A program made the position numbers and the translations under genes. From NCBI GenBank assembly GCA_002633005.1, contig NMRA01000084.1, forward strand, positions 234,320-298,319: DNA of 64,000 nucleotides. The letters run 5' to 3'. The stretch is from Phoronis australis (lineage: Eukaryota > Animalia > Phoronida). Within the stretch, counting starts at the first letter, position 1, and each line of letters begins with the position of its first letter. The notes beneath the pieces are model-generated. The model saw only the letters and a program-made list of their open reading frames with translations, was not told the DNA's origin and did no database searches. Positions 63,601-64,000 of the stretch are shown one piece after another.

Positions 63601-64000
63601 TTAACAAATTATAACTCACGACTCTTAATGAAAGCTGGCACTAGCATTGCTCAACGTGAACTATATAATCGGTTTACATGCCTTTGCAGCGCCCTCGTGT
63701 GACCAGGGTGGCTAAACCAGGGGATTATGCCTAATGTAACGTACTTTCTATCATGAACTTGCATAATTTTAAACAAAGTTCATGGATCCGCTAAATTTCT
63801 GGATGTAGTAAGCTACCCATACCAATATTTTGAAATTCGATACTATTTACGTTTAACGCTTGCAAACTTTTGTTTACAAACAGTTCGCCGTTACTGTTAA
63901 TTGTGCGAAATTTTAATCCTTCGACTTCAAGCGTGGCAAAATATTTGAGTATCTAGTAGTGCCGCAAAACAGCAATACATAATCACGTGACAACAAGGGG

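Noticed and set aside
58834-64000. Hox2 or another gene upstream of Hox1
   Set aside because: No homeobox, hexapeptide or credible exon seen; any next Hox gene lies beyond the window.

Overview
This is eukaryotic animal genomic DNA from a draft assembly, AT-rich, with a 61-N gap at 32829-32889 and single N joins at 21912, 29838 and 54153. It most likely comes from an invertebrate deuterostome; a hemichordate is my guess and cannot be proven from the window. It is the anterior (3') edge of a Hox locus. Three spliced genes can be reconstructed: the last two exons of a peroxisomal hydroxyacid oxidase (+ strand, ends in AKL), a complete 6-coding-exon PBK/TOPK kinase (- strand, 332 aa) and a complete 2-exon Hox1/labial gene (- strand, 279 aa, 8.2-kb intron). 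Most ORFs in the supplied track are noise. The non-Hox half (1-40 kb) is packed with nested transposon relics: Harbinger, RTE, hAT/BED, Kolobok, ISL2EU-like, MITEs, SINE heads and three Helentron/DINE-type families. The strongest observations are four. (1) A TIR-bounded transposon relic encodes a THAP11/Ronin-like THAP domain plus a DHSY HCF-1-binding motif. (2) A Helentron-type element carries eight co-oriented CTCF-like motifs, mostly ~150 bp apart, pointing toward Hox1. (3) A 12-nt match to the Hoxb1 autoregulatory Pbx/Hox1 site lies in the Hox1 promoter, with further TALE/TCF/Cdx modules nearby. (4) The oxidase has substitutions at both FMN-phosphate-binding arginines. All regulatory calls are motif-level inference, not demonstrated function. 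Comparisons to known proteins and motifs are from memory, not database searches.
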